Counted from the whole stretch's first letter, positions 20,946 through 34,400 are shown. The stretch is 62,412 bases of DNA, filler included, from Stramenopiles sp. TOSAG23-6 (GCA_900128565.1; 18 parts of 18 records of this genome joined end to end with filler, not necessarily neighbours in it); one strand, 5' to 3'. The notes: a model not told the origin generated them from the letters alone. Translations and numbers: made by a program.

Positions 20946-23391
20946 TGGTACAAACTCAAATGATCTTCATTCAGGTGGGAGCAGCATCTGTGGAGGTGGT
21001 AGAAATAGTATAGGACAAATTATTAGTCCTTCACAAGCACAAGCGTATTTTGTTTTGCCCCATTCAGAAAGAACTGCATGTATGTTTTATTTTTTTTTTA
21101 TTTTTAAATTTTAAATTTGAAATTGAATTTTTTTTTTTTTTTTTTTTTTGAAACTAAAAAAAAAAATTTTGAAATATTTTTCCAAAATACATCAGAAAGT
21201 ATGAGTCGATCGTTTGCAGTGTCTATCCCTCATAGTTCAATAACAAGCACAACACGACGAAGTTTATATGGGTCATCATTTACTAATGTACATTTTGATC
21301 AAGAATTTATTATTATTATTTTTACAAAAAAAAAAATTCATATGAAATTTCGTACCTAACAAAAAAATTGAAAAATTGAAAAATATTTTTTTTCACAAAA
21401 CATGAATCCTCATTAAATTTTCCATCAATAATGTCTCAATCATTCGGTCATGAATTTTCTCTATCTCGGTATAATTCAACAATGTCACAAAATATTTCTA
21501 ATTCATTTAACTCTAAATCAAATATTGAATCAAGATTTGAATCAAGATTTAATTCTGTTAATTCTAAATCAAATATTGAATCAAGATTTGAATCAAGATT
21601 TGAATCAAGATTTAATTCTGCTGAATGCTCTAATCGATCAAGATCAAGTCATCACAGTGCTGCAGCTATCAAAAATGAAGAAAAAGTACAAAGAAGTAAA
21701 AAAAAAAAATTACTACCATTGTACGTTGTACAAAGAAAAATAATTTCAAACAATTTTTTTTTTTTTTTTTTACATTTTTTTTTTCGTACGAAATGTTATA
21801 CCTAAGAAATTTCAGTTTTTTTTTTCATAATATTTTCACAAAATTACATACGATCAGGAGCTCAAGAACGAATTGATTGGATTAATGCAGTTGAAGCAGC
21901 ATCAAATAGAAGAGAAACAGAAAAAAAATTATCATTTACAAAATGTGATACATTTGAAAACGAAAACCCTAACTTTACAAAATATATTGACAAAGAAGAA
22001 GAACAAAATTCTTCTACCAAGTATGATACCATTGATTCATTGAACCCTAACCCTAACCCTAACCCTAGTAAAAACAATCAAAACAATCAAAACAATCCGA
22101 CACATGACATAACAGAACAACTTTTACAATTAGCTAAATTAGATCCTTTAGAAATTTTGACACGAAATGAAAAAAAATTAATTTGGTCCAATCGAATTTC
22201 GTATAGAGGTTTGATTTGGACAACACCATCTTTATTTCATAAATTGATACGTTCAATTGATTGGATGAATGAAAATATGTACGTTTATTTTTTCTTCATT
22301 ATTGTAAAAAAATTTTTTTGTAAAAAAATTTTTTTTTTTTGTAATTTTTTTTTTTTTTTAAATTCGTAGTACATTTTCATACCTAACAAAATTGTACATT
22401 TTATTTTGGAATATTGTCTCACAAAACATTGTTAATGAAATGATGAAAGAGGTACCACCTATAGAGTACTGGTTACCCGGTTCTGGCTCTGTATCTGCAT
22501 TAGTACAATCTATTGATAAGCAATATGAGACATCAAATACAACACATTCAAACCCTAACCCTAGATACGATATAAACCCTAACCCTAGATACGATATTTT
22601 ACCAAAATATTTTCCTGTCGCTCCAATAGAAATAATAACACTTTTAGGACCTACTGTTACCCACAAAAGATTTCGTGCATATGCATTACAATGTGTCCAT
22701 CGGGTATGTTTTTTTTTATTTGGGTATGTTTTTTTTTATTTACCCTAACCCTAATAATTTAATTTTTTTTTTTTGAATTATGAAAATTTTATTAATAATT
22801 TTTTTTTATTGAAATAAATTTTTCACAATACATTTATTATGCACAACTGAAGATTTCGTGCTTTATTTACCTCAATTAGTCCAATGCTTAAAAAGTGAAA
22901 TTCCATTTGACATTAAAATTGAAACAACTAACCCTAACCCTAATGAGACGAAAAAACATGATAAAACTTTACATACAAATATTTGTAGTAAAAGTAAAAA
23001 AGTGTTTGTTCAAGATATTAAACACAAAGATGTACATACATGCAATATTGAATGTGATACAGGATTTGATTCATCGACTTCGTATGATACTGTAGTTGAA
23101 GAAGATACTACGTATTTTTTATCATCGTAACAAAAAACAACTTTTTTTTTTTTTTTTTTTTTTTTTTTGTAAATTTTGTACCTAACAAAAAAAATAAAAA
23201 CAAATTTTTGAAATATTTTTTAACAATGCATTAGACCGTTACGTTGGAGACTTTGGTCACCATTGGCTAATTATCTTTGGAAGTATGCAATAGCTAATGA
23301 AACATCCGTTGGGCTTCCTTTATATTGGGCTCTTCAAGTAGAAGAACATGTTTGTGATCATTGAAAAATTTGTACCTAACAAAAACAATTG

Positions 23392-23459
<68 letters not shown>

Positions 23460-24152
23460 ATATATTTGTACCTAACAAAACAATGTTATACTTTTGAATT
23501 ATTATCCAAAGTATATGGTGCTCAACATCCTCTTTTACATTCATTACTTACACGAATGCGGGAAACAATTTTACTAATTCAAACCCAAGAAAAAGTTTGT
23601 ACGTTTTGTGTATTTTTTTTTCAATTTTTTTTTCATACGAAATTTTGTACCTAACGATTTTTTACAAAAAAAAAAAAAAACATATTTTTTTACAATATAT
23701 GGGGCGAATCAGGTTTTTTTGCTACAATTAATCGGAAAATACAATTTGGACAAACCTGTTCTGATGTTTTGTCTTCATGTATTGATGTACATTTAGCTAT
23801 TGCTGTGGGTAAGGTCAAAAAATTAGGTAATAGTGGTCGGAAATGGCGAAATAGATATGTAGTCCTGGTACGTTTTTCAAAAAATGTGATTTTTTTTTTT
23901 TTTTAAATTTTTTTTCGTACCAAAATTTGTACCTAACAAAAAAAATTTTTAAAAAATATATTTTTTCACAATACATTTGAAAGGTCGACTTCAATATTAT
24001 ATATCAGAAACAGCAACAATGCTACAAAGAGACATGCCTTTTGATACTTTTGTCCATTATGAAAATGCTTTACAATTCTTAAATGTAGTACAAATTAATG
24101 GATCAAATTTTTATCCATTCAAAATTATTTTTAAAACAAATGATGATGACAT
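20946..24152 (+). CDS. Phosphoinositide 3-/4-kinase family protein with PH-like domains (internal fragment, 10 exons)
   Basis: Spliced frame gives ERIDWINAVE (PH C-helix), the PIK helical domain (EKKLIWSNR, RSIDW, FRAYALQCV, LYLPQLVQCLKSE, LYWALQVE), a PH motif GKVKKLG..KWRNRYVVL and the kinase N-lobe IIFKTNDDD. Confidence 0.85.
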
Positions 24153-24227
24153 GTATGTTTTTTTTTTTACAAAAAAATCGAATTTTTTTTTTTTTTTTTT
24201 TGTAAAAAAATTTTTTACCTAAAAAAA

Positions 24228-24261
<34 letters not shown>

Positions 24262-24542
24262 NNNNNNNNNNNNNNNNNNNNNNNNNNNNNNNNNNNNNNN
24301 NNNNNTTAATTAATTAANNNNNNNNNNNNNNNNNNNNNNNNNNNNNNNNNNNNNNNNNNNNAAAAACCTGATTATTTGACTTGTATGTTTTCTTACATTT
24401 TTTTTTTTTTTCGTAATTTTTTTTTTTTTTTTTTTTTAAAAAATTTTTTTTTTTTTTTTTTCAAAATTTTTTTTTTTTTGTACGAGAAAAAAAAATCATA
24501 CTAACAATTTTTTTACATTTTTTTCTAAAATATTATGTACAT

Positions 24543-24769
24543 AGTATACGTATACAACAAATTATAAATTCGCGTCGAAGTAATCGTTTATTCATATCCA
24601 TTGCAAAAAACACGAAATCTAAAATATTAAATTCAAAATGTCGTCGTCAAATTTCACAATATCAACAAAAAAAAATATTAGACAATGAAACAAACAAAAT
24701 TCAAAAATTAGAAGAACAAAAAAATAATGTACGCTTTCATTTCAATTTTGAATTTATTTATTTATTTTG

Positions 24770-24805
<36 letters not shown>

Positions 24806-27734
24806 TTTTTAAAAAAAATTTTTTTCCAAAAAAAAAAAAAAAAAAAAAAAAAAAAACAATTTTCAATGAAACAAATATTTTGACTTTTTTTTGTTTTTTT
24901 TGTTTTTTCAAATATTTTTTCACAATGTATCTAGTGATTCAATTAGGTGGTTATATTAAAAATGGTATCGATGGAATCACAGTCACTTCTAATGATGATT
25001 TTGATGATAATTTTCGTTTTCATGAAAATTCATCCTATTTAAATGATAAGAATAATGATGATTTTACTTTTGATTTTAATCATGATTTTAAACATAATGA
25101 TTATTTTAATGATTATTTTCGATTTCTTGAAAATAATAATGATTTTAATAATGATGATGATTTTAATAATGATGAATTTCGATTTGCAATAGAAAAAAAG
25201 GAAAAAATGCTTGTTCGAATAAATGGTGTTATACTATCAGCAGGAAGTTCAATTGAAAGACAAGTACAGAAAAGCGTTATACAACGATTAACAAAAAAAA
25301 AANAAGAAATTCAACAAGAAATCAAAGAACAATCAGAAGAGGGTAATGGTAATGGTGATGATGATGGTAATGATGATGGTAATGGTAATGATGATGGTCA
25401 TGGTGATGATGAAGAAGATAATGAAGATAATGAAGCTAATGATGATAATGATGATAATGATGATAATGATGAAGAAGAAGATGATAAAAAATTTCAATAT
25501 GCAATAATGACACATAATTTCCCACCAATTGGTAAAACGTATGAAAATCAATTAAAAGTGAACAAAAATGATATAATTTTCATTCTTGAAGAATATAAAA
25601 GTGGAGCTAGTGAAAGATGGAGTCTGGCAATGACAATTGATAAAGAGAAAACAGGTTATGTAGCACAATCATTTTACAACATTATAACAAAAGAAGAAGC
25701 AGACATAAAATTAGATGAGGCTAAACAAGAAAAAGCAGCAATGGTTATTCAGTCTGCTTATCGTGATCGTCAAGCAAAAGCAAAACAAAATGAAGCAGCT
25801 ATGGTTATTCAGTCTGCTTATCGTGATCGTCAAGCAAAACGAAATGAAGCAATCGCAGCTGCAGAACAAGCAGCTAATGATTCCGACACCGCTGGTGGTG
25901 GTACTGGTGGTGGTACTACAGATGGTGGTGATTCCGGTAGTACAGATGGTGCAGATGCTGGTGGTAGTACACTACCACAAAAAACAAACCAACCACAGGC
26001 ACCTGGTGATTCCGGTGATTCCGGTAGTACAGATGATACAGATGGTGATGGTGATGATGATGAAGAAGAAGATAATGATGATGAAGAAGAAGATGAAGAA
26101 GAAGAAGATGATGAAGAAGAAGATGATGATGAAGAAGAAGAAGAAGAAGAAGGAGAAGAAGGAGGAGGAGAAACTACTCCTGTAGATGATGATGTTGATG
26201 TTGCTGATTCTCCAGCAGAAGAAGGCATTGGTGATGCTGATGGTGGTGAAGAAGGTGGTGGTGAAGAAGGCAAAGAATCTGTTGGCAATGCAGTTAGAAC
26301 AGATCAAAAAAAAAAAGATGGTGTTGTAAATACAAAACGTATTCTTATTCTTGGAATGAGTTCTGGTGAGTATACACGGACACACCGACCTGATACGCCA
26401 TTACGTGAGAGTTTCAATATTCCAGCGGATCAACATATTGAAATTTATTTCATTGATGATGTNTGTTTTTTTTTTTTTTTTNAAAAAAATCGAATTTNTT
26501 TTTTGTTTTTGGTTTCATACGAAATTTTGTACCTAACAAATTTTTTTCAATTTTTTTTCAATTTTAATTTTTTTTTTTTNGTTTTTTTTTNGTAAAAAAA
26601 TTTTGTATCTAACAAATTTTTTTTTTAGTAAATTTTTAAATATTTTTTCAAAATACATGGAACAGCTTCTGGTGGAGACGGTCCAGGTAAAGTGAAAGAC
26701 AAAGCATGGTACAACGCTCGCAAGTCTGGATCTTCAGAGCCCGACACAATGGACAACAAGACAACACTTTTTGATTACATTGGCAAATTTGACAATTTAC
26801 CAAAAGATTTTACAAACAATTTCTTTGATTTCATCTTAAATGATTGGTCGACAAGCAAATTTTTTCCTCCAGGATTTGGCCTTGTCCTTCAAAACTTACT
26901 ACGACAAGGAGGCCAAATACACATGCAAGATATACTGCCAAAAGTGCCATATGGTTCAGGTCCCGGGGCGAGGTGTATGGATTCTAACCAAGAGAAGTTG
27001 CAACCTCCTAATCAATATGTCATGTTATCTCAAACGATAGGTGGTGGACCTATTTACTGCATAGTAACAAATGATACGACAGTCTGGGATTTGAAGGTTG
27101 GAGTTATAACATTAAAAAACCCTGATCAATCAGCCACCAGCTACGATTCGATTATTGATATGGCAAACAATAGCAACTTACCAAATAATACTGTGGTGAA
27201 GGATATGAAGAAGAAGGTGGGATTCATGTTTTTCCCAGGCACTCCTTTTACCGTCGGTGGAATGTCCTTTGAGGATTTTACAAAAGGTGGTGGTATGAAT
27301 CAACGAATACCTTTTGAAACATATCCATTGGCTTCTTCTCGTTTAAAAAAAGCCGGTCATGAAGCGAAAAATTATGTTCAATTTGCTGCTACTGTAGATG
27401 GTGCTGCTACTGGTGGTGCTGCTGTTGATGGTGATGCTGCTGGTAAGAATCCAGCAAAACCAAATGCAGCTGCAGAACAAGCAGCTAATGATTCCGACAC
27501 TGCTGGTGGTGGTGGTGGTGGTGATGCCGGTGATGCCGGTGGTGGTGCTGGGCCTGCTGGTGATGGGTCTGCTGGTGCTTCTCCAGCAGTAGAAGAAGAA
27601 GAAGAAGAAGATGCTGGTGATGGTGATGGTGATGCTCCTCCAGCAGTAGAAGAAGAAGAAGAAGAAGAAGATGCTGGTGATGGTGATGGTGATGGTGATG
27701 CTCCTCCAGCAGTAGAAGAAGAAGAAGAAGAAGA
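24543..27734 (+). CDS. SH3 + IQ-motif protein with long acidic low-complexity regions (partial; introns 24729-24930, 26461-26658)
   Basis: SH3 (AIMTHNF..ENQLKVNKNDIIFIL..WSLA..KTGYVAQSF), two IQ motifs (AAMVIQSAYR) and D/E/G-rich tracts. Both introns are AT|GT...AT and phase-consistent. Confidence 0.75.
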
Positions 27735-27965
27735 NNNNNNNNNNNNNNNNNNNNNNNNNNNNNNNNNNNNNNNNNNNNTTAATTAATTAANNNNNNNNNN
27801 NNNNNNNNNNNNNNNNNNNNNNNNNNNNNNNNNNAAAAAAAAAAAATTGTAAAAAAAAAATTTAAAAAAAAAATTAAAAAAAAAAAAAAATTAAAAAAAA
27901 AAAAAATTTGAAAAAAACAAAAATGTAAAAAAATTTTTTAAATTTTTTTTGAAATGAAAACGTAC

Positions 27966-28579
27966 GTTGGATTCAACAAGGTAAGAAATCCAGTATAAAC
28001 AAATGATTCTTTGTCACCAGTATAAACAAATGAATTGTCTTTTTGCTTCTTGTATATTGGAGAATGTGTAATATGTGTATTCTCACGTGTCGGTGGTGTA
28101 TAAATTATACTTATATTGTGAAATGTAAGAACTTTTAACATTATGTCTATCTTTAATTCATTTTCATGACATTGTTCATTTTTCATATGAAGTTGTTTTT
28201 GAATGTTTCTTAGTGGATCAAACTTATTAGTAGTAGTAGTATTAGTAGTAGTATTATTAGTAGTAGTATTATTAGTAGTATTATTAGTAGTAGTATTATT
28301 ATTAGTAGTAGTAGTATCAGTAGTAGTATTATTCGTAGTAGTAGTATTATTAGTAGTAGTATCTGTAGTAGTAGTAGTATCAGTAGTAGTAGTAGTATCA
28401 TTATTATCACCACTATTATCACCACTATTATCACCACTATTATCACCACCATTATCAGTGCTATTATCAACTTTGGACGTTTTACGAAAAACTGATGACG
28501 CTATTGTATTAATAATGTTATTATTCAACAAAAGAGCCAAGCATATAATTATTGAGATATGTTTACGAGAAAAAAACAT
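27966..28579 (-). CDS. Secreted-type protein with Thr/Asn-rich low-complexity tract (3'-partial)
   Basis: Hydrophobic N-terminus (HISIIICLALLL), GDNS repeats and TTTNN tracts; ends at a GTACGT donor at 27965. Confidence 0.55.
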
Positions 28580-29424
28580 AATAACTCTACCCTGACGACA
28601 CACTATTAATTATGAAAAACGAATACAAACAATCCCAAACAATACAAAGTTTCACAATACGTACAACAAAATCGTAACACTTAGAAAATCGATTCAAAGC
28701 ACTAGTCTACAGATCTGTACATATGTATAATATANATATGAATGTGATTGTTATGCTAAGAGCTCTATATTAGTAGAGATATTTCTTTAGATCAAAACCT
28801 AAAGTTGAATACAATAATTTCAGAGGAGAAAGAGAAAAACAAATTGCTTTCAAAGAAATAAAAGCAAATAAAGTCTCTCTGCCTCGTTTGGAATCGGAAC
28901 GTCAAATCAACGTCAAATAAAAAAGACTCCTTTCAGGCTTTCAGGTACTCCTTTGCCTCCTTTGAAACTTCAAATAAAAGTCTTGGAATTTCTGATCCTA
29001 AACACAATGACGTTTACGTTTTAGTAAAACTAGAAAGTAATTATTCGTTTTAAAATGAGACTAGTACTACTACTACTAAGGGAGAAGGAGGAGGAGGAGC
29101 AATTTTTGAAATTGAAATTTTAAATTTTCAAGCGCGGCAAATTATTTGAAAAAAAATCTCCTATAACAGTTTTGTGCCACGAAATAATAAGCGTTTCCGG
29201 TGAGAAACACTCAAACAAAAAAAATGAAGGAAAACAGTGTCAAGTCAATGACATTGTTTTGTACAATATTTGAAACGATGCCTGAATTATCAATGAATTG
29301 TTTTGTTTATATACTCGTGAAATTTTTTTTTTTGGAATTTTGTAATTTTGTACCGAAATTTAAAATTTTGTTTACGAGATTTGTATTATTTTTTGGTAGA
29401 GAATTCGTCAAATTTGGCTCTCTT

Positions 29425-29871
29425 TCACTCTGTCATTATACCGCGCTTTTCCATTTTATCACCAAGATTTTTATCAAGTTCGATAGCTTTATTCTTCACA
29501 CAGGTTGCAGCACTCTTTACATTAGAGGAAACTCCATTCTTCTCGTCAAATTCTTTCAAGCTATTGCAAACTTTAGTTTTCGTATTTCCTACCGATGTAG
29601 AGATGCCATGTTTTTTATCAAATGAATTTACTTTATATGTGGCAACTTTTCCAGCACATTTTGCTTTGAGAGAAATATTATGTTTCTTATCAAACGTTTT
29701 GACATCAGACTGCACTTTTGTTACGCTGTCCTTGCAGTTTTGAGAGATTTGATTTTTATCGTCAAACTCTTTCACTTTCTTTGATATAGAATGCTTCTCA
29801 TCAAACTTCTGTGCAGATGCCTTGGCATTTGTTGCTGCCGCTGCAGCGGATTTCTTAAGTTTTGCGAGCAT
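29425..29871 (-). CDS. Hydrophilic repeat protein (FD[EK]K[HN]xISxK units)
   Basis: Five or six imperfect FDEKH/FDKKH repeats; ATG-to-stop ORF. Confidence 0.6.
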   Translation of the reverse strand: MLAKLKKSAAAAATNAKASAQKFDEKHSISKKVKEFDDKNQISQNCKDSVTKVQSDVKTFDKKHNISLKAKCAGKVATYKVNSFDKKHGISTSVGNTKTKVCNSLKEFDEKNGVSSNVKSAATCVKNKAIELDKNLGDKMEKRGIMTE

Positions 29872-30229
29872 GGATTGTTTATGATGTTTTTAAGCTTTTG
29901 AAAAAAGTAGACTCAAAATCGAAAGTGTGGTGGACTAAAAAAAAGTGAGAAAGAAGAGAAACATCAGAAACATCATCAAGAAGCATCGAAGAATGTCAAA
30001 AAAAATTCTTGAAAACGAAAACGAAACACGAAAACACACAAACTTGACTTGAAATTTTGAGCATTCTTGAATTTTTTTTGACATTTTTTTTTTCAATGGA
30101 CAACAAGAACGACAAGTAATATCGAAATACGTTTTTATATTTTATTCTTCAAAAAAACTTATTTGTCTAGCATCAAAAGTTCAGAAAAGACAATTTTACT
30201 ATTACTGGCATTATCATCACACTCAAGAG

Positions 30230-31141
30230 ATGGGTGCTGGAAAAAGTCGATTTCCTGTAGTATCATATAATGAAATAGATGGTACTTTTAGAAATGAAAT
30301 TGAATCTAAGAAGGCTGTCAACCAAAAGAATCAAAAGAACTACAGTAATATAACTTCTAGGTCATTAGCACTTGGTTTCACCTCTGTGAAAGACTTCACT
30401 ACAAGTAATCCTTCACCAAAAGACATATTATCTCAGAAACTTTTCACGACATTGGCAAGTTTATCACCAGGTGATACAATTAGTAAAACTACTTTACATC
30501 AGTGTTTTCCACTTCCAGGTTTACTTGGTCAACGTCTATTTGTCGCTTTTGACGTAGAACATACTGGTGTTGTCAATAAACAAGAATTTGCTGCAGCCCT
30601 AGCTACTTTAACAAGTGGTTCAATTGATGACAAATGCAATTTAATTTTTAGAATGCATGACTTAAATAACAATGGTTACGTAGATGAAACTGAACTTTTG
30701 CTCATGCTTTCAAGTTTTCCGAGTTCTGCACGAAACGTTATTTTGAAGGAAGTCAAATTGGCCCTTCAACTTGGCCATGTCTTCAAACAAAAGCATCTTG
30801 CACGAATTCCGATATTTTATAGACGTTGTGGTTGGTTATTAAAGAAACGGTATAATTTTATTCATAATATATTAGTGACTGGACATTCAAATCGATGGCG
30901 TACGTTTTTTTTTTTTTTTTTCATTTTTTTTTCATACGAAATTTTGTACCTAACAAAAACAAATTGAAAAATTTGAAAAATTTGAAAAAATATTTTTTTT
31001 GACAGTATAGGACGACAATGGTTTGACATTTTTGGTCAATATTTGCGATGGACTGTACAACCACCATGGGGTGAAGCAGGTTCGTGCAATGATGTACAAA
31101 TAAGTAATAAGACAAGTTGGATAGATTTAACATGGTATGAT
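30230..31141 (+). CDS. N-myristoylated calcineurin-B/recoverin-like EF-hand + PH-domain protein (3'-partial; intron 30900-31010)
   Basis: MGAGKS N-terminus, EF-hands (FDVEHTGVVNKQEF; DLNNNGYVDETEL) and a PH start GWLLKK...RWRRQWF across a canonical GT-AG intron. Confidence 0.8.
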
Positions 31142-31314
31142 GTATGTTTTATTTTTTTTTTTTTACAAAAAAATCGATTTTTTTTTCATACGAAATTTTG
31201 TACCTAANNNNNNNNNNNNNNNNNNNNNNNNNNNNNNNNNNNNNNNNNNNNTTAATTAATTAANNNNNNNNNNNNNNNNNNNNNNNNNNNNNNNNNNNNN
31301 NNNNNNNCAATATT

Positions 31315-31347
<33 letters not shown>

Positions 31348-31352
31348 GGGGA

Positions 31353-31407
<55 letters not shown>

Positions 31408-31422
31408 TTTTGCAATACCTAC

Positions 31423-34400
31423 ACATTCCCTTAATAGCTCACACGCATCTGCAGATAAACAAGAAGGAGGTATCGGAGGCGCGACTTTTTCCGATGCAAT
31501 ATGAAACATTGCAGTGATTGGATTTTCAAATTTCTTTTCATGCCATGGATGTATTTTGGAAAAATATTTCAAATTATTTTTTGTTAGGTACAAACTTTTT
31601 ATAAAAAAAACATTCATACAAAAAAAAAATAAAAAAACATACATTCTTTCCCGTTGCCATTTCAATTACAGTGCATGTATTGTGAAAAAAAAAATGTATG
31701 AAAAAAAAACGTTAGGTATGAAATATATTACAAAAACAAAAATTGCAAAAAAAAATTGGAAAGAAAAAAACCTACATGTAATGTAGAAAAANTATTTTTT
31801 TTTNTAAAATTCGTTAGGTACAAAATTTCGTACGAAAAGCAAATTTAAAATTGAAAAAAAAAGAAACCTACATCCAACACTCCAAATATCAGCTTTAGGC
31901 CAATCAACATGCACGTCAATTTCATGATTAAGATGTTTAAATACTTTCATTCCAGCAGTTGGAGATCTTGGACCTGGATTTATTTGCTGTTTTAAAGAGG
32001 CCGAACCCATCCGAATGACCTCTGGAGCCATCCATAATGGTGTCCCTAAAGGAAATTCAATTTGACCTGGTAAACCAAAACTTTCATTTTTACCAATTTC
32101 GAATTTATTTTTGAAACCAAAATTTTCATTTTGATTTTTTGATGTATTTTTTACATGACTGATAGAATGATCATTTTTGTAATGTATTGAAGAATTTTTA
32201 CGGAAACTTGAATATTTCCTTCGTTTTGGTGTCAATTCTTTTAAAGATTTACTTGCCTGTAGTATACGAAGAATATTAATTTTTTTTTGTTAGGTATGAA
32301 ATTTTTACACGAAAAAAATAAAAAAAAATAAATTTAAATTTAAATTTAAATTTAAAAAAAAAAATGGAATACAAAACATACACCAAAATCAGCAAGCTTT
32401 ATGATACCTCTATTACTAATTAATATATTAGCACCTTTTACATCTCGATGTGCTATACCATGATTATGTAAATATTGCAAACCTTTAATGATTTGTCTTG
32501 TGTAGCATTTTAATGCCTTTTCTGGCAAACCTGTAGGAAATTTTTTCAGTAAATCATGAACAGAGCCTCCTGGTAAATATTCCATAAAAATACGCAACGC
32601 CCATCCACAGGTAAGAGAACCATGAGTCATTGGGCTTGGCGTCCGAGTCCAATCTAAACCCTTTCGTGGAATTGATGTNTTGNGAANATATATATATANA
32701 NTTTNTNTTGGTAAATAAAACTCGTTTGGTACATGATGTACTACAAAAATAAACAATACGTTGAAAAAATATATATATAGGAGAATACACCTACATGGAC
32801 TTCTAATACGTTGTAATTGTGACGGCATTACTCCTCCTGGTAAAGGTTGTCGCTCTGTAGCAAAATAGTGCACAATATTCTCATTGGATAAAGCACGCAT
32901 TAATGAAATTTCATCTTGAAGAGTTACCAATTCGCCAGGTCTTGCTAAAGCGGCATCTAGGGATGTGACTTCTATCGGAGGTAACTCAACTTCTTTCATA
33001 GCCATAACTTGTCCATTATCGAGATTTGTTACAACAAAGACTCTACCATATTGACCTTGACCAATACATTTGCCGCGTCTCCAACGGAAAGGTGCTGGTT
33101 GAACCCATGACTTTTCATGTGGACTCAAATGCCGTTTCGGTGGTGTGATGACGCGAAAATTATTATCTTCTTTCAGAATTTCTGTACTCATTAAACCTTC
33201 TGTTGAATCAATATCTTCACTATCATCAGACACGACAACTTTACGAAAAAAATTTGAAATTAATTTACGTTTCATTGTCTTTCTTCTCCATCGAGGTGTT
33301 GTCCATAAAACTGATAATTCTTTAAGATCATCTTGAGTAGATAAATCTATTTGTTCAACAACTGCACTTTGTACTAAAAATTTATCTGGTTTAGCATTTA
33401 TGTCTTCTCTGTCTAGTAATTGTCTAACTTCTTGTTTTCGTATAATAAATTGAACATCTGTCCATTTACCTGGTTTTATAAGACCCATGTATTTTGGAAA
33501 AATATTTTGAAAAAAAAAAATTGAAAAATTTGTTAGGTACAAAATTTCGTACGAAAAAAAAATTTGAATTTCAAATTTAAAAAAAAAAAAANATACATTG
33601 CTGGTCTAACTAAATATCGATCTGGTTGTGTTGTTTTTATCTTAAATGCCACGGATTCTAAGGGTAGTGAATTTTCTAATAAAAGCTGACCAAGTGCACT
33701 TTGTGCTGTGTCTAAAGCAAAATCTATTTCATCTCTTGGTGTGCATCGTAATCTGTACTTTGGGAAAATATTTTAAAAAAAAAAGTGTTTGTTTAAGCAA
33801 AATNTTTTTTTTTTTTAATATATATATATAGCAAAACAATCAAAAATAAATGATGAAATAAAAACATACGCTTTTCTATGACGCATATCGATGACAGCAC
33901 TATTTGTTTTCTTTGAACGAATTCCATGGCGATTATTTTCACGTAATTTTTTATTACTTTGTGTACATATTTTNTGAAAAAATATTTTTTTTTTTTTTTN
34001 TAAAATTTGTTATTTTTGTTAGGTACGAAATTTCGTATGAAAAAAAAATTGAAAAAAATTGGAAAAAATTGATAAAAAATTGAAAAAAAAAACATACCAC
34101 TTTGTTTTTGAATAGTCATTTGTAAAGAAGCAACAGAACTGTTACCAGGAAATGAAGGTAATGACTTACCAGGTGAAAAAATATTTGTGTTTTTCGTGTA
34201 TGGAGATCCAATAGGCGTACCATAAGGAGTTAAAGGTTGAATTTTAAATTTATTTGGCATTGGACAATTTTGTGAAAAATATTTCATTTTTTTTAGGGTT
34301 AGTGGTTTAGTGGGTTAGGGTTAGGATTTGGAAAAAAAAAATGAAATTCATTAGGGTTAGGGTTAACACATACGATCCTCTTGGCGTACTATAAGGACTA

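Noticed and set aside
24383-24542. First intron of the SH3/IQ gene as another GT-AT case
   Set aside because: The only open upstream frame is phase 1, which does not fit the AT acceptor. Several alternatives (AC, TA) fit and there is no conserved motif to decide, so it was left out of the tally.
25333-28595. Overlapping antisense or alternative-frame ORFs (poly-S, poly-V/L, poly-I)
   Set aside because: They are shadows of trinucleotide low-complexity coding tracts on the real strand.
33487-33596. Reading the introns as U12-type AT-AC introns (sliding AT|GT...AC-AT by 2 nt gives AT...AC)
   Set aside because: The U12 donor RTATCCTT and branch TCCTTAAC are absent, and the branch-like motif is 35-55 nt from the end. 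A 2-nt slide would turn DFG into DFE (32381-32257) and RYVVL into RYVVH (23868-23976). A 1-nt slide (TG...CA) cannot be excluded without RNA data, but it loses the invariant GT.
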